Shown here: in pieces, positions 11,217 through 24,251 of the stretch
Numbering within the stretch: position 1 is the first letter of the stretch
Layout of the letters: every line of letters begins with the position of its first letter
Origin: Protoeuglena noctilucae
Taxonomy: Eukaryota
Reading direction: 5' to 3'
Assembly: GCA_958009085.1 (NCBI GenBank)
Contig: OY253683.1
Coordinates: forward strand, 806,001 to 870,000
Length of the DNA stretch: 64,000 nt
Translations under genes and position numbers: made by a program
The notes under the pieces: generated by a model
Seen by the model: only the letters and a program-made list of their open reading frames with translations
The model's database searches: none
What the model was told of the DNA's origin: nothing

Positions 11217-14200
11217 ATGGAGGCGGGCCCCTCTCGCGACGACGCCGGCCCGCGGCATGACGCAGACGGGGTGCAGCGCGGCGGCCAACGCTGGGGGTCC
11301 GGCAGGGGCCGCGGAGGACGGCAGCGCGGGGGCCGCGCGCGGCAGCACGCCCCGTCGTTCGACGTGATCACCGTGCCCCGCTCGTCCGTCCCCAACCCGG
11401 CGTCCGTCCCCTTCATCCCGGAAGCCGCGATCTTCGTCCCGCCCAGCCACCGCCCCCGCCCCGCACAGCCGCTGGCGGACCCGGCGCCTCAAGCGGAGAC
11501 CTCCGGGCGTGGCAGGAGCGGCCGCAGGAGCCGCGGGACGGCCGTGCCGGACGGTGCGGGGCGCACTGCGGGCCAGACCAGCACTTCCGAGGTGCCTGTC
11601 GTTTACCCCGCGGGGCCCCGCAGGCGCGCTCTCAACGCCAACGCCCCCCCGCACATACCTGCGGATCGGCCTGGCGCGTCGGCAGCTCCGCCGGGCGGGC
11701 CTGCGGATGGCCGTGTGGAGGGTACCAGCGAGGCTGCAATTTTCGTCCCCAACGATGGCGCTTCCCAGAGACCGGGCGGCAATGGAGAGGCGGAGGGGCG
11801 CGGGCGGAGGAAGGGGAGGGGAGGGAAGGAGGCGGGCGCTGCGGCGGGTGAGCGGGCACTCGCACCCGCGAGGCAGGGCCGCTGCAGTTGCTTCTGTCCC
11901 CGTCACTGAGCATCGCTGCACCTTGCGAATGCGTGTACACCTCAATTACGTCCATATGTTCGCTGTTTGCAGGTTCCCGGCGCGGCCAGAGCGCCGCAGC
12001 GGGCCAGGGTGGCGCGAGGCAGGGTGGCAGGGGCCCGGGTGGGGCGCAGGGCGGTCGCCGCCGCGACCCGCGCGGCCGCGACGGCGCAGCGCACGGTGGC
12101 GATATTGCTGCAGTCGAGGTCCGCGAGATCGGGCACGGCCGCGGTCGGCAGGGCGAGGCCGGCGTCGATGATTACGGTCGCAAACAACACGGCTACGACC
12201 AAGCGGGCGAACACGGCCACGATGACTATGGCCACGATCACGACCACGGCGAGAGGCACGAGTGCGTGGTCTGCAGCGAGGTGCTGCGGGACGTCGCCGT
12301 CGGGTGAGCGCAGACCGTTGAGCATGATTCGGCCATTTGTCAGCATAGCAGGGCAAAACAAAGCAAAGCAGAGAACCTCTTCTGCCCCTTATCCTCCCAG
12401 CCCCTGCAACCACGCGTGCATGTGTGGCTTCTGCGCCCTCAAGAACCGTCTGTGCTACGGCAACACCCGCTGCCCCGTCTGCAACCACGGCATGGATCGC
12501 ATCGTGATCGCGCCGTTCGCGTCCGAAACCTCGCGGGGCGAATCGGGGGACGAGCGGGTATCGAACCTGGACTTCTCGGACCTGATGCGGAGGCAGGGGG
12601 ACCGGGCGTGCATGCACTACGACGGGGGGTGGGCCAAGGGGGTGTACGTGGTCAAATCACCCGATGAGAAGGCGAGTGGGTGGTTGAGGGAATGATTATC
12701 ATGGCGTCGGTTGATGATGGCTGTTACTGGATGAGCCAAGGGGCTAGTTGTGTCGGTCGCCGCCCGTCACTATCGCCCAACCAGCCGTCACGTGGGTTGC
12801 AATTACCACAGTCTCCGCATTTTGCATTTGTTACCTTGGTACAGCCCACACTAACCCTACCTCCTCTCCCCCTTTACCCCCAGTCCCCGCCCCTCTGGCA
12901 GCGGCTGGTGGGGCGCACCTCCCTCTCGTGCCGCACCTGCGACGTTTCTGGCGCCAGGCCCTTCCCGAGCGTCCGGGCGCTGGCGGAGCACGTTTCCTCG
13001 CAGCACAGGCGCCGAATGTGCTTCGTGTGCCTCCACAGCCGCCAGCGCTTCCCCATGGAGTGGCCGACCATGACGGGGGCCGAGCTCAAGGCGCACATGA
13101 GGGAGTGCCACCCCAGGTGTGTGTGCGTGTTAGTTGTCAAGTATGTATATGTGTCAGTTGATATGGGTTGCTACGTAGGTTCTGTATTTACGATCGCCCC
13201 CTCCTTCCCACCCCTCATCATCCCAGGTCTGAGTTCTGCGACTGTTCCCTTTTTACCAATACAAATTACCCTCTTTACCCCTTATTGCCCCAGGTGTGAG
13301 TTCTGCGACTGTCACTTCTACGACGCCGACGCCTGCTACCGCCACATGGGGTCCGAGCACTTCCAGTGCATGCTGTGCATGGCGGGGGGCGATTATCGGT
13401 ACTTTGAGACGGCTCAAGAGATGGCGGAGCACAACCGCACCGACCACTACGTCTGCACCGAGCCGCCCTGCTGGTGAGATGATACTATTACTATTACTAT
13501 TACTATTACTATTACTATTACTATTACTATTACTATTTCTATTACTATTACTATTACTATTACTATTACTATTACTATTACTCGCAGCGAGAGCGAGGGT
13601 TTGATCGCGTTCCGCTTTTTGGAGGACTGGCAGCGCCACATGCGCGACGCCCACTCCCGGAGCATGCCGAGGTTCGACCGATCACGGGCCAGGCCCATCG
13701 AGGCGAGTGAATGATAGTAATGATTGGGTCTTATTTCAGTATTATACAGTACGGCTGTATATTGCCGTGTCTCTGCTCACCTTTGCAACTCTTGCACAAG
13801 TGCTGCCCACTGTTACATGGCGTAATATGCATCTCTATCGACATATACAGTGATGAATATTAGTTATCGCTTCACCCACGCAGGCCACATTCCTGTTCGG
13901 CGACTCAGCCACCACTGCTGCTCCCCGCGCCCCCCGCAATGCCTCACGCCACGCCCCCACCTCTGCTACTGACGCAAATTCAAATTCCAATTCGAATTTG
14001 AATGCGGTCGGGGATGCGGACGCAACCAGTGCCAACGCGGGGGGTGCAGGGGTGGAGGGGGGGAGGGGGAGGAGCAGGGCGGACGTGCTGCGAGCGAGGG
14101 CACAGGTGGGGAGGGGGCAGATGAGAACGTGCTTTGAGGATATGAGGAACACGTTTCTCACTTGGCATGATTAATTGTATACTTTTTTAACTCTTGCAAG

Positions 14201-17200
14201 CATATGAAGCACTCTCGCTACCCTGTTGTGCAGGGTGGTGTGCGGGGTGCAGGGCAAGGAGCGTTTGGCGGTGGGGGTGGCGGTGGGGGTGGCAGTGAGG
14301 GTGAGGGATGGGGTGGGAGTGGGGGTGAGGGTCGGCATTGATACTAGTGTTGTTTGCAATATTAATTACTAAGTAATAAGTAATTGTAATGCTGATCGTA
14401 ACTACTCATCGTCACCTACCCACTTCCCTCGCCCCCGCAGCCCCCTCCCTCCCCTCCTGGCCCCCCCACCCCTCATCTGCATTGCGCCAAGAGGAGTTTC
14501 CCTCCATCAGCGCAGCTGTGGGACAGATGGGTGGACCTATGGGCGGGCATATGGGGGCGCATATGGGTGGGCATATGATGGGTGGCAATGGGCAGGGATA
14601 TGGGCAGGGCAGTGCAGTGGCTGCGCGGGGGGAGGTGGGGGATTGGGAGGATGGGGCGGGGGATGAGGCGAGGGGTGGGGCGGGGAACTGGCGAGTGGTG
14701 GACGACAACGCGTTCGAGGGGGAGGCGGGTGAGTTATTATAAGTAGTACTTGTTATAGTAAATGGTCATGTGCGATGTGTGAACTGGCGAGCGGTGGACG
14801 ATGAGTGGGTTATTGTAAATATAATATCAAGGAATTAATAATGGATAATAATATTCCAACCGCCTCTCTCTCCTCCCACCCCCGCAGCCACCCCCTGGTC
14901 CAACCCCGCCCGCCGCCACAATGCCGAATTCCCAACACTCACGGCAGCCAGTGCCACTGCCACACAAACACGCACAAACACAAACACAACTGCACCTGCA
15001 TCAGCATTCACAACAAGCACAGCACAGGGGGCGTGGGGGGGTGGCGACGGCAGCACCGCCCCCGTCCCCGCCTCTCGCATGCTCGCCGCCAGAAACAACG
15101 CCGGCGCCGGGAATAACCCCGGGAATAATGCCGGGAATAACGTGTCGCCGAGTGCCGGGGGTGTAAATGCGGGTGCGGGTGCGGGAGCGCGGAGGGGTGT
15201 GGGTGGGTTGACGCCCCTTGTGCCAGTGAGGGTGTCTTGTGCGTGTGGGAGAAAGACGGCGAGGGTGCCGGTGCCGATGGGGGAAGAGGGGAGGGCGACG
15301 CAGCTGGAGTGCGGTGAGTTGATCATGGTTTTATTATGTACGATCTTTATGCTTTACTAACAGCTGTCACGCTTGATAGTCTTGATCGTTTACTCTTCCC
15401 CACGCCACCCCAGTCACATGCATTCCCACATCATCCCTACCCCCCACTGCCAACCCCAGACGCTGCCTGTGAGCGTGAGAAGCGCGCTAAGGCCCTGGCG
15501 GATGCGTTTGGGGTCGACCCCTCCGCCCCCGACGCCCACCTGTCGCACTGGGAGAGGAACCGGGAGGCGAATTACACGCCGGAGATGCTGCTGTATGCCA
15601 AGGCGAGGAAGGAAATGGGGAGATGTTGATTATCTCAAAGTTAGTATGATGTTTTGCGATGAGAAGGTTTTGTCATTATGATTAATTATTATATCATCTT
15701 ATAAACTTATGCTTTTTTTGTTACGACAATATACAACAATAATTAACTCGCTGTTCTCACTCATCTCTCAGGAGCACCCCTCCGTGGTCTCTCAGCTGCA
15801 AGAGGCGTTTGCGGGCATCGTGAGGGACAGGAGCAAGAGGAGGGAGGCACTGGTGAGAGTTCAATATGAGTGGACTGCGAATACATATGATGATATGCAT
15901 TAGATATGCACTGTCTAAGACTAAGCTGTTTCACTCTGCACATCCCCACTGCCACCCCCACTCCCCCCCTTATCACCACCCCCGCTGCCACCCCCACTGC
16001 CCCCCTAATCACCACCCTTACCACCACCCCCACCCCCACCCTTACCACCACCCCCACTGCCACCCCTATCACTCCCCACCAACCCACCCCTCTCCCCTCC
16101 CCGCAGCCCCCCATGCCCAAACCCGACCGCCGCATCGCCCACCTGTTGGCCAACCAGTACGGCCTCACCTGCGTGTCGCAAGGCCAGGAGCCCAAACGTC
16201 ACCTGGAGTGCTACAAGGGAGCCAACGCGGGGATACCCGCCACTTTGCTGAGCGAGGCGGCGGCCAGGGTCACGGGTGAGATGGGGGGTTGGTGATGGTG
16301 GCAGTGGTGGTGATAGTGAATGCACTAAATGTAAGCACAAGCCAGTAATTGAGCAATCAGTATCAACCGACTATCACTTCCCCACGGAATTATCAAGCCC
16401 CTATTCCATCCCCAACCCCATTCTCAATCACCCCCCATTCCATCCCACATCCCTGCAGCATCGGAGATCGCCGCTCTTCAGACTGAGTCAGACCGGCTGA
16501 GCCTGTACCTGACGCAAGTGTCAGAGGGGGCAAATCTGGACGCTTTGCTGGCGGGGTGGAGGGGGTATTTCGTGCTGCACGAGGGGAGGGACGAAGCACG
16601 ATTGCAGTTCCGGAACGCAAAGACGCTGAGGGACTGGTGAGGGGTTGATGTGGGTTTAATGATAAGTAGATATAGATACTGTGGATATATGAAGTAGATA
16701 TGAGTGCTGTGGATATGTAAGCTCGGACTGTTGCTTGCGATGGGGGCAGGAAGGGCGGGGGGGGGGGGATGCAAGGGTGTGTGCACAGCGCTACCCCTCA
16801 CCCTCCCTTAACCCCTCACCCTCTCCCTCCCTTACCCTCACCCCCCCAGTGCCACTCAGCTGGGCGGCGGCATGAAGGGCGCTTTTACCGTCGATCGGAC
16901 CAGGGGGGCATTCGCACCCGACACCGCAACGCAGACCTCATCCACTAACCCCGGCGTTGCGACGAGCAGCGGGGGTGCGGGTGGGGGTGGCGATTGGCGT
17001 GCAAGTGGCGGTGCGGGTGCGGGTGGCAGCGGGGGTGCGGGTGCGGGTGCAGGTGCGGGTGGCAGTGCAAGTGGCAGTTGGGTTGCGGGTACAAGCGGCA
17101 GTGCGGGCAATCGCAGCGCAACAACAGCAACAACGTCTACAGCGGCAGCACCGGCGGGCTCCTGGCACGCGCACTCTGGCGCCAGTGTCGACCGCGTCGG

Positions 17201-17987
17201 TGCCAGTGGGGCGGGTGTCGGTGTCCCGGGCTTTGCGGGTGCGGAGGAGGAGTGGTGGGGATCGAAACGTGCTGTAAGGATGGGGGGGGATGCCTGGGAG
17301 ACGGTGGGGATGGACACCAAAAAGCGTGGTGGGAAGGTGAGAGAGGGAAGATGGTGAGAGGGAGATGGGACGTGCATGTAGCGTGTAAGCGTGGCGGAAA
17401 AGTGAGAGACGGATGGGGGGAGACGGGCGTGTTGCACGTTGCATGTTGTTTGCACCTTGGTAGTGTCCAAGCATCCACACACTGCTATTGCATGGTGGCT
17501 GTGTGCAGTGAGTCGATGGTGGTGCCGTGCTATCAGAACCAAACACCGCCCATCTGCCGATCGTGCTCCGCAGTCGTCGCTCGTCCCCCCCACCGCCTGG
17601 ACGGGCTGGGACGACCGGGGCCCCCCAGCGACACACGCCGACTGGCGCGGGACTGGCGTTTCGTCTGACGCGCCCCCCGCCGCCCCTCCCGGCCCTTCCA
17701 GTGGCAGGGATGAGATCGCAGGGGTGCGCAAACCGCCGCCTTTTGTGGGAGAAGCGACGAAATTCGATGTGCTGATGAGGACGGGGGAGGGCTTGGATGG
17801 GGAAGGGGAGGGGATGGGGAGGGGGGGAAATGGGAGTGGGGTGAAAGGGACGTTTGCGGGGTTGGTGTCTGGGGCTCTGGCTTCGTGGGAGGATGCGGCG
17901 GATGATGATGAGGATGGGGATGGGGAGGGAGAGGGGGAGGAGGGTGCGGGCGGCGAGGCGGTGGAGGTGGTTAGCGGGGCTGACTGA
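11217..17987 (+). CDS. ZNF598/Hel2-like RING + C2H2 E3 ubiquitin ligase with NFX1-like R3H C-terminal region
   Basis: RING CVVC..PCNHACMCGFCALKNRLCYGNTRCPVC; C2H2 array (CRTC..HVSSQH, HPRCEFCDCHFYD..HMGSEHFQCMLC, HYVCTEPPC..HMRDAH); later CACGRK..LECDAACEREKRAKALADAFG and R3H PPMPKPDRRIAHLLANQYGLTCVSQGQEPKR. Confidence 0.8.
13483..13581 (+). repeat. (CTATTA)n microsatellite filling intron 13474-13587
   Basis: About 16 near-perfect hexamer units read directly from the sequence. Confidence 0.95.
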
Positions 17988-18410
17988 GATTGATGGGTGC
18001 GCGGTGCTGCGATTGAATCGAGTGGCACTCGCTGGCATGATGCAAGAAAGGTCCACTGGCGGTGACAACAGTGACTGATGAGAGCGCCACCTTGCCTCAT
18101 CTGCTACTGCTACATTCGCAAAAGAACCGGAAGCGTCGCTCACGAGCATCGCTGCCGTCGCGCGCCCGCGGATCCACCGAAGTGTGCGCTGCCCATCGAT
18201 CTGCCGCGCGCGCACGGACGCACGCCGCGATCTCGCGCCTGTCACTAGCCTTCGCTTACACGCACATATATCAGTCGCTTGGCGCGTGTCCGGCCCTCTC
18301 ATCGCGGCTCGTCGAGTAGCGCAGGCCTCTGCCAGCAGTGACCATCCAGCGCCGCTCCCGTTCCCCGGGCTGGGCCTAACGAGGGCGCGTTCCGGTCATC
18401 CGCTGTGACG

Positions 18411-21400
18411 ATGACCCAAGCATCCTGCGCGCTGCACGGCGGAGCGCCGTGGTCCCTCTCGACGTCGCGGGAGCGGCTGATGCCACGTGCACGGCCGGCC
18501 ACCTCCGCGCTCGCGCGATCGCCATCGCTGCGGCCCCGCGACCCCCTCTCTTCCGGCATTGCGTCCTCGCGCGTCGTTCGCGCGCCGTCTCGGCCGCGGA
18601 TCGTCCCCCAGGGCCGCGTCGCGCACCTGACACCTCGCGCTTCCGCATCCACCGCCGCTGCGGGCGGCCGCGCCGCTTCCCCCGGCCGCCGCGCCGCGGT
18701 CGTCGGCGGCGGTCCCGCCGGCCTCGCCGCCGCGCTGATGCTGGCGCGGCGCGGGTGGGGCGTGGACGTGTGGGAGCGCCTTTCCGAGTGCCCTACCCCG
18801 GAAGCCGCTGAGTGGGGCAACCCGGAGCGTTCTTACAACCTCGGCGTCAACGGTCGCGGCCAGGAGGTGTTGAAATCCCTGGGGGCGCTGGAGAGGGTCG
18901 TGGAGTGGAGCTCCCCCATCCACGGGCGCCGCGTGAGTGGAGGGGCAATGTACAGGATGAGTGGCTAGGGTGGCAGTGGTAATGGTAGCTAGCTAGCTAG
19001 CTAGCTACGTGGCAGCTGTGAAGAGTGGCCCTCTCCCACTCCTCTATAGCTCACCCTAGTCACCAACTTGCTGCATAGTCCCACCCCTATCGCAGCAGTT
19101 GCTTAAGTGCCATGCACGCAAGCGCAGTGCTTAGGTGAACAAGACTGATACTATCATCCATTCCCCATCGCAGGAGTGGGTCCCCGGCAAGCGCGGCGCG
19201 TATGATGAGCGCGTGCGGTGGTCTAAGGAGGTGCAGGAGTGGACCACGGTGGTGCTGCAGCGGGACAGGCTGGCCGCGTGTTTGCTGGCGGAGATAAGGG
19301 AGCAGTTTCCTAGCCAAGTAATGGGTGAGTGGTTAGACTATGAGAGATGGGGGAGTGGATGGTTGTGATGGGGGAGTGGCGATAGTAGTCATCTACTTTA
19401 GTGAAGAGTGATGGGTCAGGGGAGAGAGAGTGACAGCCTGACACAGCCACACACCCCTATCCCCACCCAATCCCTCGTTTCCTGCAGTGCGGCACAACGT
19501 GGAGGTCACCGAGGTGGACCTGGCGTCGGACCCTGACACCGTCACTCTGACGTTGGGGGCGTCAGAATCGTCAGAACAGACGGGGGAAGGTGATGTGGAG
19601 AATCAGCGTGGGACGTACGATCTGGTGATTGGGGCGGATGGGGTCAACTCCGTGGTCACGCGGTGAGACAGTGGGTACTAGTGGGTAACACTACTGGGTG
19701 GTGTTATTGGGATAGATGGGTGGGTGGGTGAGTGGGAGATGTGATGGGTGGAAACGGAGATTGACGTTCTTATTGCCCACCCCATTGCCACCCCAAACAC
19801 CACCCTCACTGCCACCCTCACTGCCACCCCCACTCCCACCCCCACTGCCACCCTCACTGCTACCCTCACCCCCACCCTTACCACCACCCCCACTGTCAAC
19901 CCCACTGCCACCCCAACCCCCTCACATCCACTCCCCCCCCCCCACCCCCCCAGAACTCTGGAGTCCGTCACTAACGGCCGTGTCTCCGTCCAACGCTTTG
20001 CCGACACCAACCCCCGCGTCTACCGCACCATTCCCCTGTCGCTGCCGAGTGATTGGAAATCGGAGATGAATTATTCATTTAGAACAAGAGAAGGGCCGGT
20101 ATTCGAGGCACTGCCCACCAAGGAGGGCATGCTGGTCGGATTGGTGCTGGTGAGTGGTATTTACACGGTGGTGGGGGGGGGGGGGGGCGGGGTTCTGTTG
20201 CTAATGTAAATTTACCATTGCAATAATTTACTTAAGATTAATAATAGCACACTCCCTCTCTCTCAGTTCGAGCCCGACTACGCCCCCCTCCGCGACCTCT
20301 CCACCGCCGCTGAAGCCGATGCGGCCCTCTCCCGCCTCTTCCCGCACCTCCGCCCCCACTTCAAAGCACAGCACGTCGCGAGATTCGCGGAACAGAGGAT
20401 CTCCAAACTGCCCACGTTCTCGTTCGCGGGACCGGAGCTGCATTTGGATAAGAGGGTGGCGCTGATTGGCGACGCCATCCACACCGTCAAGCCCTACTTC
20501 GGGCTCGGGGTGAACAGCGCGTTCAACGACGTGGACGGTGAGCTGAAGTGATTAGGATTATATATTACAATTACATCATCGGCACTCCTATTGCCTTTAT
20601 TGCTGAGTACCTGGTCATTCCCTAGTCACTGCCACCCCCATGCCACAATAACAATTACAATTACCAGAACCAACCACTATCACCACCATGTTGCTATCTC
20701 CACGCAGTGCTCGCCCGTTGCCTGGACAAGGCAGGTAATGACACCTCCATCGCTCTCCCCGATTACACGAATGAGAATGCCGAAGACGCCAAAGCGTTGG
20801 TGCGGATGAGCCGGCAAGCGGACCAGGGCATCGTCTTCTTCGTCGTGCCCATCATCCTGGATACCATATTCAGGTGATTTTGAATGTCAGAGAGGGCAGT
20901 GAGTTCTATTAGTTAGTTATGGAAGGCGCTAGATACTATAGTTGGCATCACTCATGTTCATGGTTAGTTATGGAAGGCGCTAGATACTATAGTTGGCATC
21001 ACTCATGTTCATGGTTAGTTATGGAAGGCGCTAGATACTATAGTTGGCATCACTCATGTTCATGGTTAGTTATGGAAGGCGCTAGATACTATAGTTGGCA
21101 TCACTCATGTTCATGGTTAGTTATGGAAGGCGCTAACCCTACCCTAACCCTAACCGACATTTACCTACTTATCTTAGTCCTCAGATCTTCGTATCTCACT
21201 AATGGAATCACCCTCTCTCTCCCTCCAGCAAGCTCCTCCCCTCCCTCTTCACCACCACCACCATCCGCATGCTGCAACGGGGGGAATTCAAATACGCACA
21301 AGTGGGGAGGATGAAGCGGAGGGAGCGAATCATGCAAGTGACGCTGATCACCGTCGCACTGGCGCTGGCTGCTTTCGCTGTTAAGGCGGCGGTTGGGGCG

Positions 21401-21436
21401 GCGGTGGTGGCGGTGCGGGGGGCGCTGGGGATGTGA
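18411..21436 (+). CDS. FAD-dependent monooxygenase, kynurenine 3-monooxygenase-like, probable organellar transit peptide and C-terminal TM helix
   Basis: AVVGGGPAGLAAALMLARRGW (Rossmann), RSYNLGVNGRG, YDLVIGADGVNS, VALIGDAIHTVKPYFGLGVNSAFNDV; R/S/A-rich N-terminus; hydrophobic C-terminal tail. Confidence 0.85.
20912..21156 (+). repeat. 51-bp tandem repeat (about 4.3 copies) followed by short CCCTAA telomere-like tract, intronic
   Basis: Unit gttagttatggaaggcgctagatactatagttggcatcactcatgttcatg repeated identically, then ctaaccctaccctaaccctaacc. Confidence 0.95.
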
Positions 21437-21605
21437 CGGCGATGTAAAGCGCGGTTTGCAAGGACGATACTTTGTGAGATTCAATTCTCGTTAATTTGAA
21501 AATGGAAGCGTCGGGAGGGTCGAGTGCAGCGCGTATCACACTGCCAACACCAAAGCTCAGCTCTCCACTGCACTCAAACAACAGAGGCGTTTTCGAATTC
21601 CGCTC

Positions 21606-24251
21606 TCAATCTGCATTCCCAATCTTGACCACCACCTTGCCGATCGTGCTGCCGGACAGCATGGGGTCTGCGGAGCACGAATATGAGGGGGGTGTGCGCG
21701 TTCTCGTTAATAGCTGTTACCCCTCTGCCACCCCACCACCCCCGCATACTCCATCAGTCGCTCACAACATCCGGCACATCACTCACCGGCCTCATTCCAC
21801 CCCTCACAAACCCAGCCCCACCAACCCCACACCCACCCAACACACAACACCACCACCACACACCCCACATACCACCTCCACCCCAACACCCCTCATACCA
21901 CCACCCCACCCACCCACCACTCACCCACCGCATCCGGCACGGCCTCCAACCCCACGAACGCCCTCCCATCCACCCACGCCTCAAGCCGCCCCTCCTCCCA
22001 CAACGCAAACACGCGCTCCTTGCACCGTCGACGCTCCTCCGGGCCACAGTGGTACACGTCCCCCACCACGCGCCGCCCCTGCTTGTTGTCGTTCAATTTC
22101 ATGCGGCCCCAGAATATCTCCTCCTCTGTGGGAAGCTCCCACCCACCCACGCACACGCCGCGGGTGCGGGGTGGGGCGGGGGCGGGGGTGGACGGAGGGG
22201 TGTGGGCTAGGGTGCTCGGACTGCCACCCGCACTGCCACTCGCACCCGCACTGCCACCCTCACTGCCACCCTTAACACCACCCCCACTGCCACCACCCCC
22301 ACCACCCGTACCCTTCCCCCCAGCCATCGCCTTGGTCATTCTCTTGGTCAGCCTTCGTTCCTCCGTCGCAGCGTGGGGGTACTTGGAAATGTACCCCACC
22401 ACCATAACCAGCCCCCCCTCTGCCAGATTCTCCACCGCGGCTCTCAGCATGTCGCCGCCCACTCCCTGCAGTGTGTGTGAGAGGGTGAGGGTGAAATGGC
22501 GAGATGTGGCTAGTTAAAGTTACACATACAAATTACTCACAGCCGCACACACACCTCGTTTCTCGCACCCATCTCACACGCATCAAACCGGCTAAGCAAG
22601 AAGCCACACACTCACACTCACACTCACACCCACCCCGTCACCCCACCCCACCCCACCCCACCCCCCTCACCTCATACGCCAGATCCACCCCCCCGGGACA
22701 CTCCTCCCTCAACACCCTCTGCACCTCCTCTTCGCTGTGCACAATCACGCGGTGCACACCCAGCGCCCGCAGCCGCCGAGCTTTCTCCTCACTCCCGCAC
22801 GTCGCAAACACCCTCGCTCCCGCAAGCACCGCCAGTTGTGCTGCGAAGTGTCCCGTGCCCCCCGCAGCTGCGGTGACCAATACGGTCTGGCCGGCGCGGC
22901 ACTGGCCCGTCACCTCGATGCCCTGAGGGGAGGGAGGGGTGATGGGGTGTGATTATGCACATAGTATATCTAGCATTGAGTGACATCACCCCTATAACAC
23001 CACTACAGGGTTGCGCACACTGATTGCTCCCACTCACCACCCATGCATCATCCATGCTGACATGACCCTACATCTCTCACCACGCACGCGGTCACGGCAC
23101 TGAGAGACAGCGCCACGGCCTCGGGGGAGCACTCTTTTATCCGAAACACCGACGAGGATCGAACATACGCGTACTCGGAGAACGCCCCGCCCGCGAAGGT
23201 GACCGCGTCGCCCACTGTGGCAACGGTGGGGGGCACCTGAGAGCCCACGGCCTGCGATGAGGGGTGAGAGAGGGGGGAGAGGGATGGGGGGGGAGAAGAG
23301 GGGGGAGAGGTGATGTGAGGTGGTTTGTGAGAACGTGATGTGGAGTGCTGACCCTCTTCGCATGCCCAACCCTCACCACCACCACGACCCCATTCCTCCT
23401 CACCACCATCCTCCACCATCTACCACCCCACCACCCTCTCCTCTCCTCACTACCACCTCTCCGCACTACCACCTCCCCCCTCCCCTCCCCTCACCACCAC
23501 GACCCCGCACCCCTCGGCCCCCAGATCGAATCCCTCCCTCCCCCGCAAAAAGGCGAAGGCGTGGTCCCCGCGAACGCGGAACGTCTCGCATCCCCCGTTG
23601 ATCCCCGCATACGCCACCCTCACCACCACCTCCTCCGCACCCACGGGGCGACTGGGGACGTCGACCATCTGCACACGCGGGTGTGTTTGATAGATGCGAT
23701 GTGGGTCAATTGCTGCAGAACCTACAGTACACCTTGTACTGTATGGGTGGAGAGCACCAGGTGTGTCAGTGCTACTTGCGCTGTTGGCCCCCGCACCTGT
23801 TCCCCGCACCCAACCCGCCACTCACCCGCGCCACCTCTCGGAAGCTCTCGCCGCAACCGTACGCGACGAGTTTGCGGTAGGTTTCGGGCATGCCGGCGGG
23901 GATGGGGCCATTGCTTGCTGGCACCGTCGCGGCTGCAGTGGGTCTCGCTGGCGAGGCAAGGAGGCGGATGCCTCGCGGGCGAGACACTGTCGGCCTGGCT
24001 GGACCTGATGAGCAGCTGCAGGTAAAGAGAATGACAGAGATGGCGTGAGGATAAGCGCGCTGCGGAGCGTGCGAGGGCGGGGAAAGGGCCGAGAGGCAGC
24101 AAACACGAGTAGGCATCAGATATGTTTCACTAGGCAGCGCCGCTCGCCTTGGATGAGCGCGATTGGTAGCCGAAAGAGATAAGATGCCGGCGCGGACGGC
24201 GGGAGGCGCCGAGCGCACGGTGAGCGGCATTGTTGGCAGGGCCTCGTGCAT
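21606..24251 (-). CDS. MDR-family NADPH oxidoreductase (PTGR3/ZADH2-like); start uncertain
   Basis: ETYRKLVA, VVVRVAYAGINGG, FDLGAEGCGVVVAVG, GGAFSEY, GQTVLVTAAAGGTGHFAAQLA, GVDLAYEGVGGDM, VVGYISKY, MLSGSTIGKVVVKI. Confidence 0.88.

Noticed and set aside
13296..13698. Poly-Leu, (VI)n and (SN)n ORFs
   Set aside because: They are translations of the intronic CTATTA microsatellite.
20912..21133. CRISPR-like regularly spaced repeats
   Set aside because: The units are contiguous and identical with no unique spacers, there are no cas genes, and the context is a eukaryotic intron.
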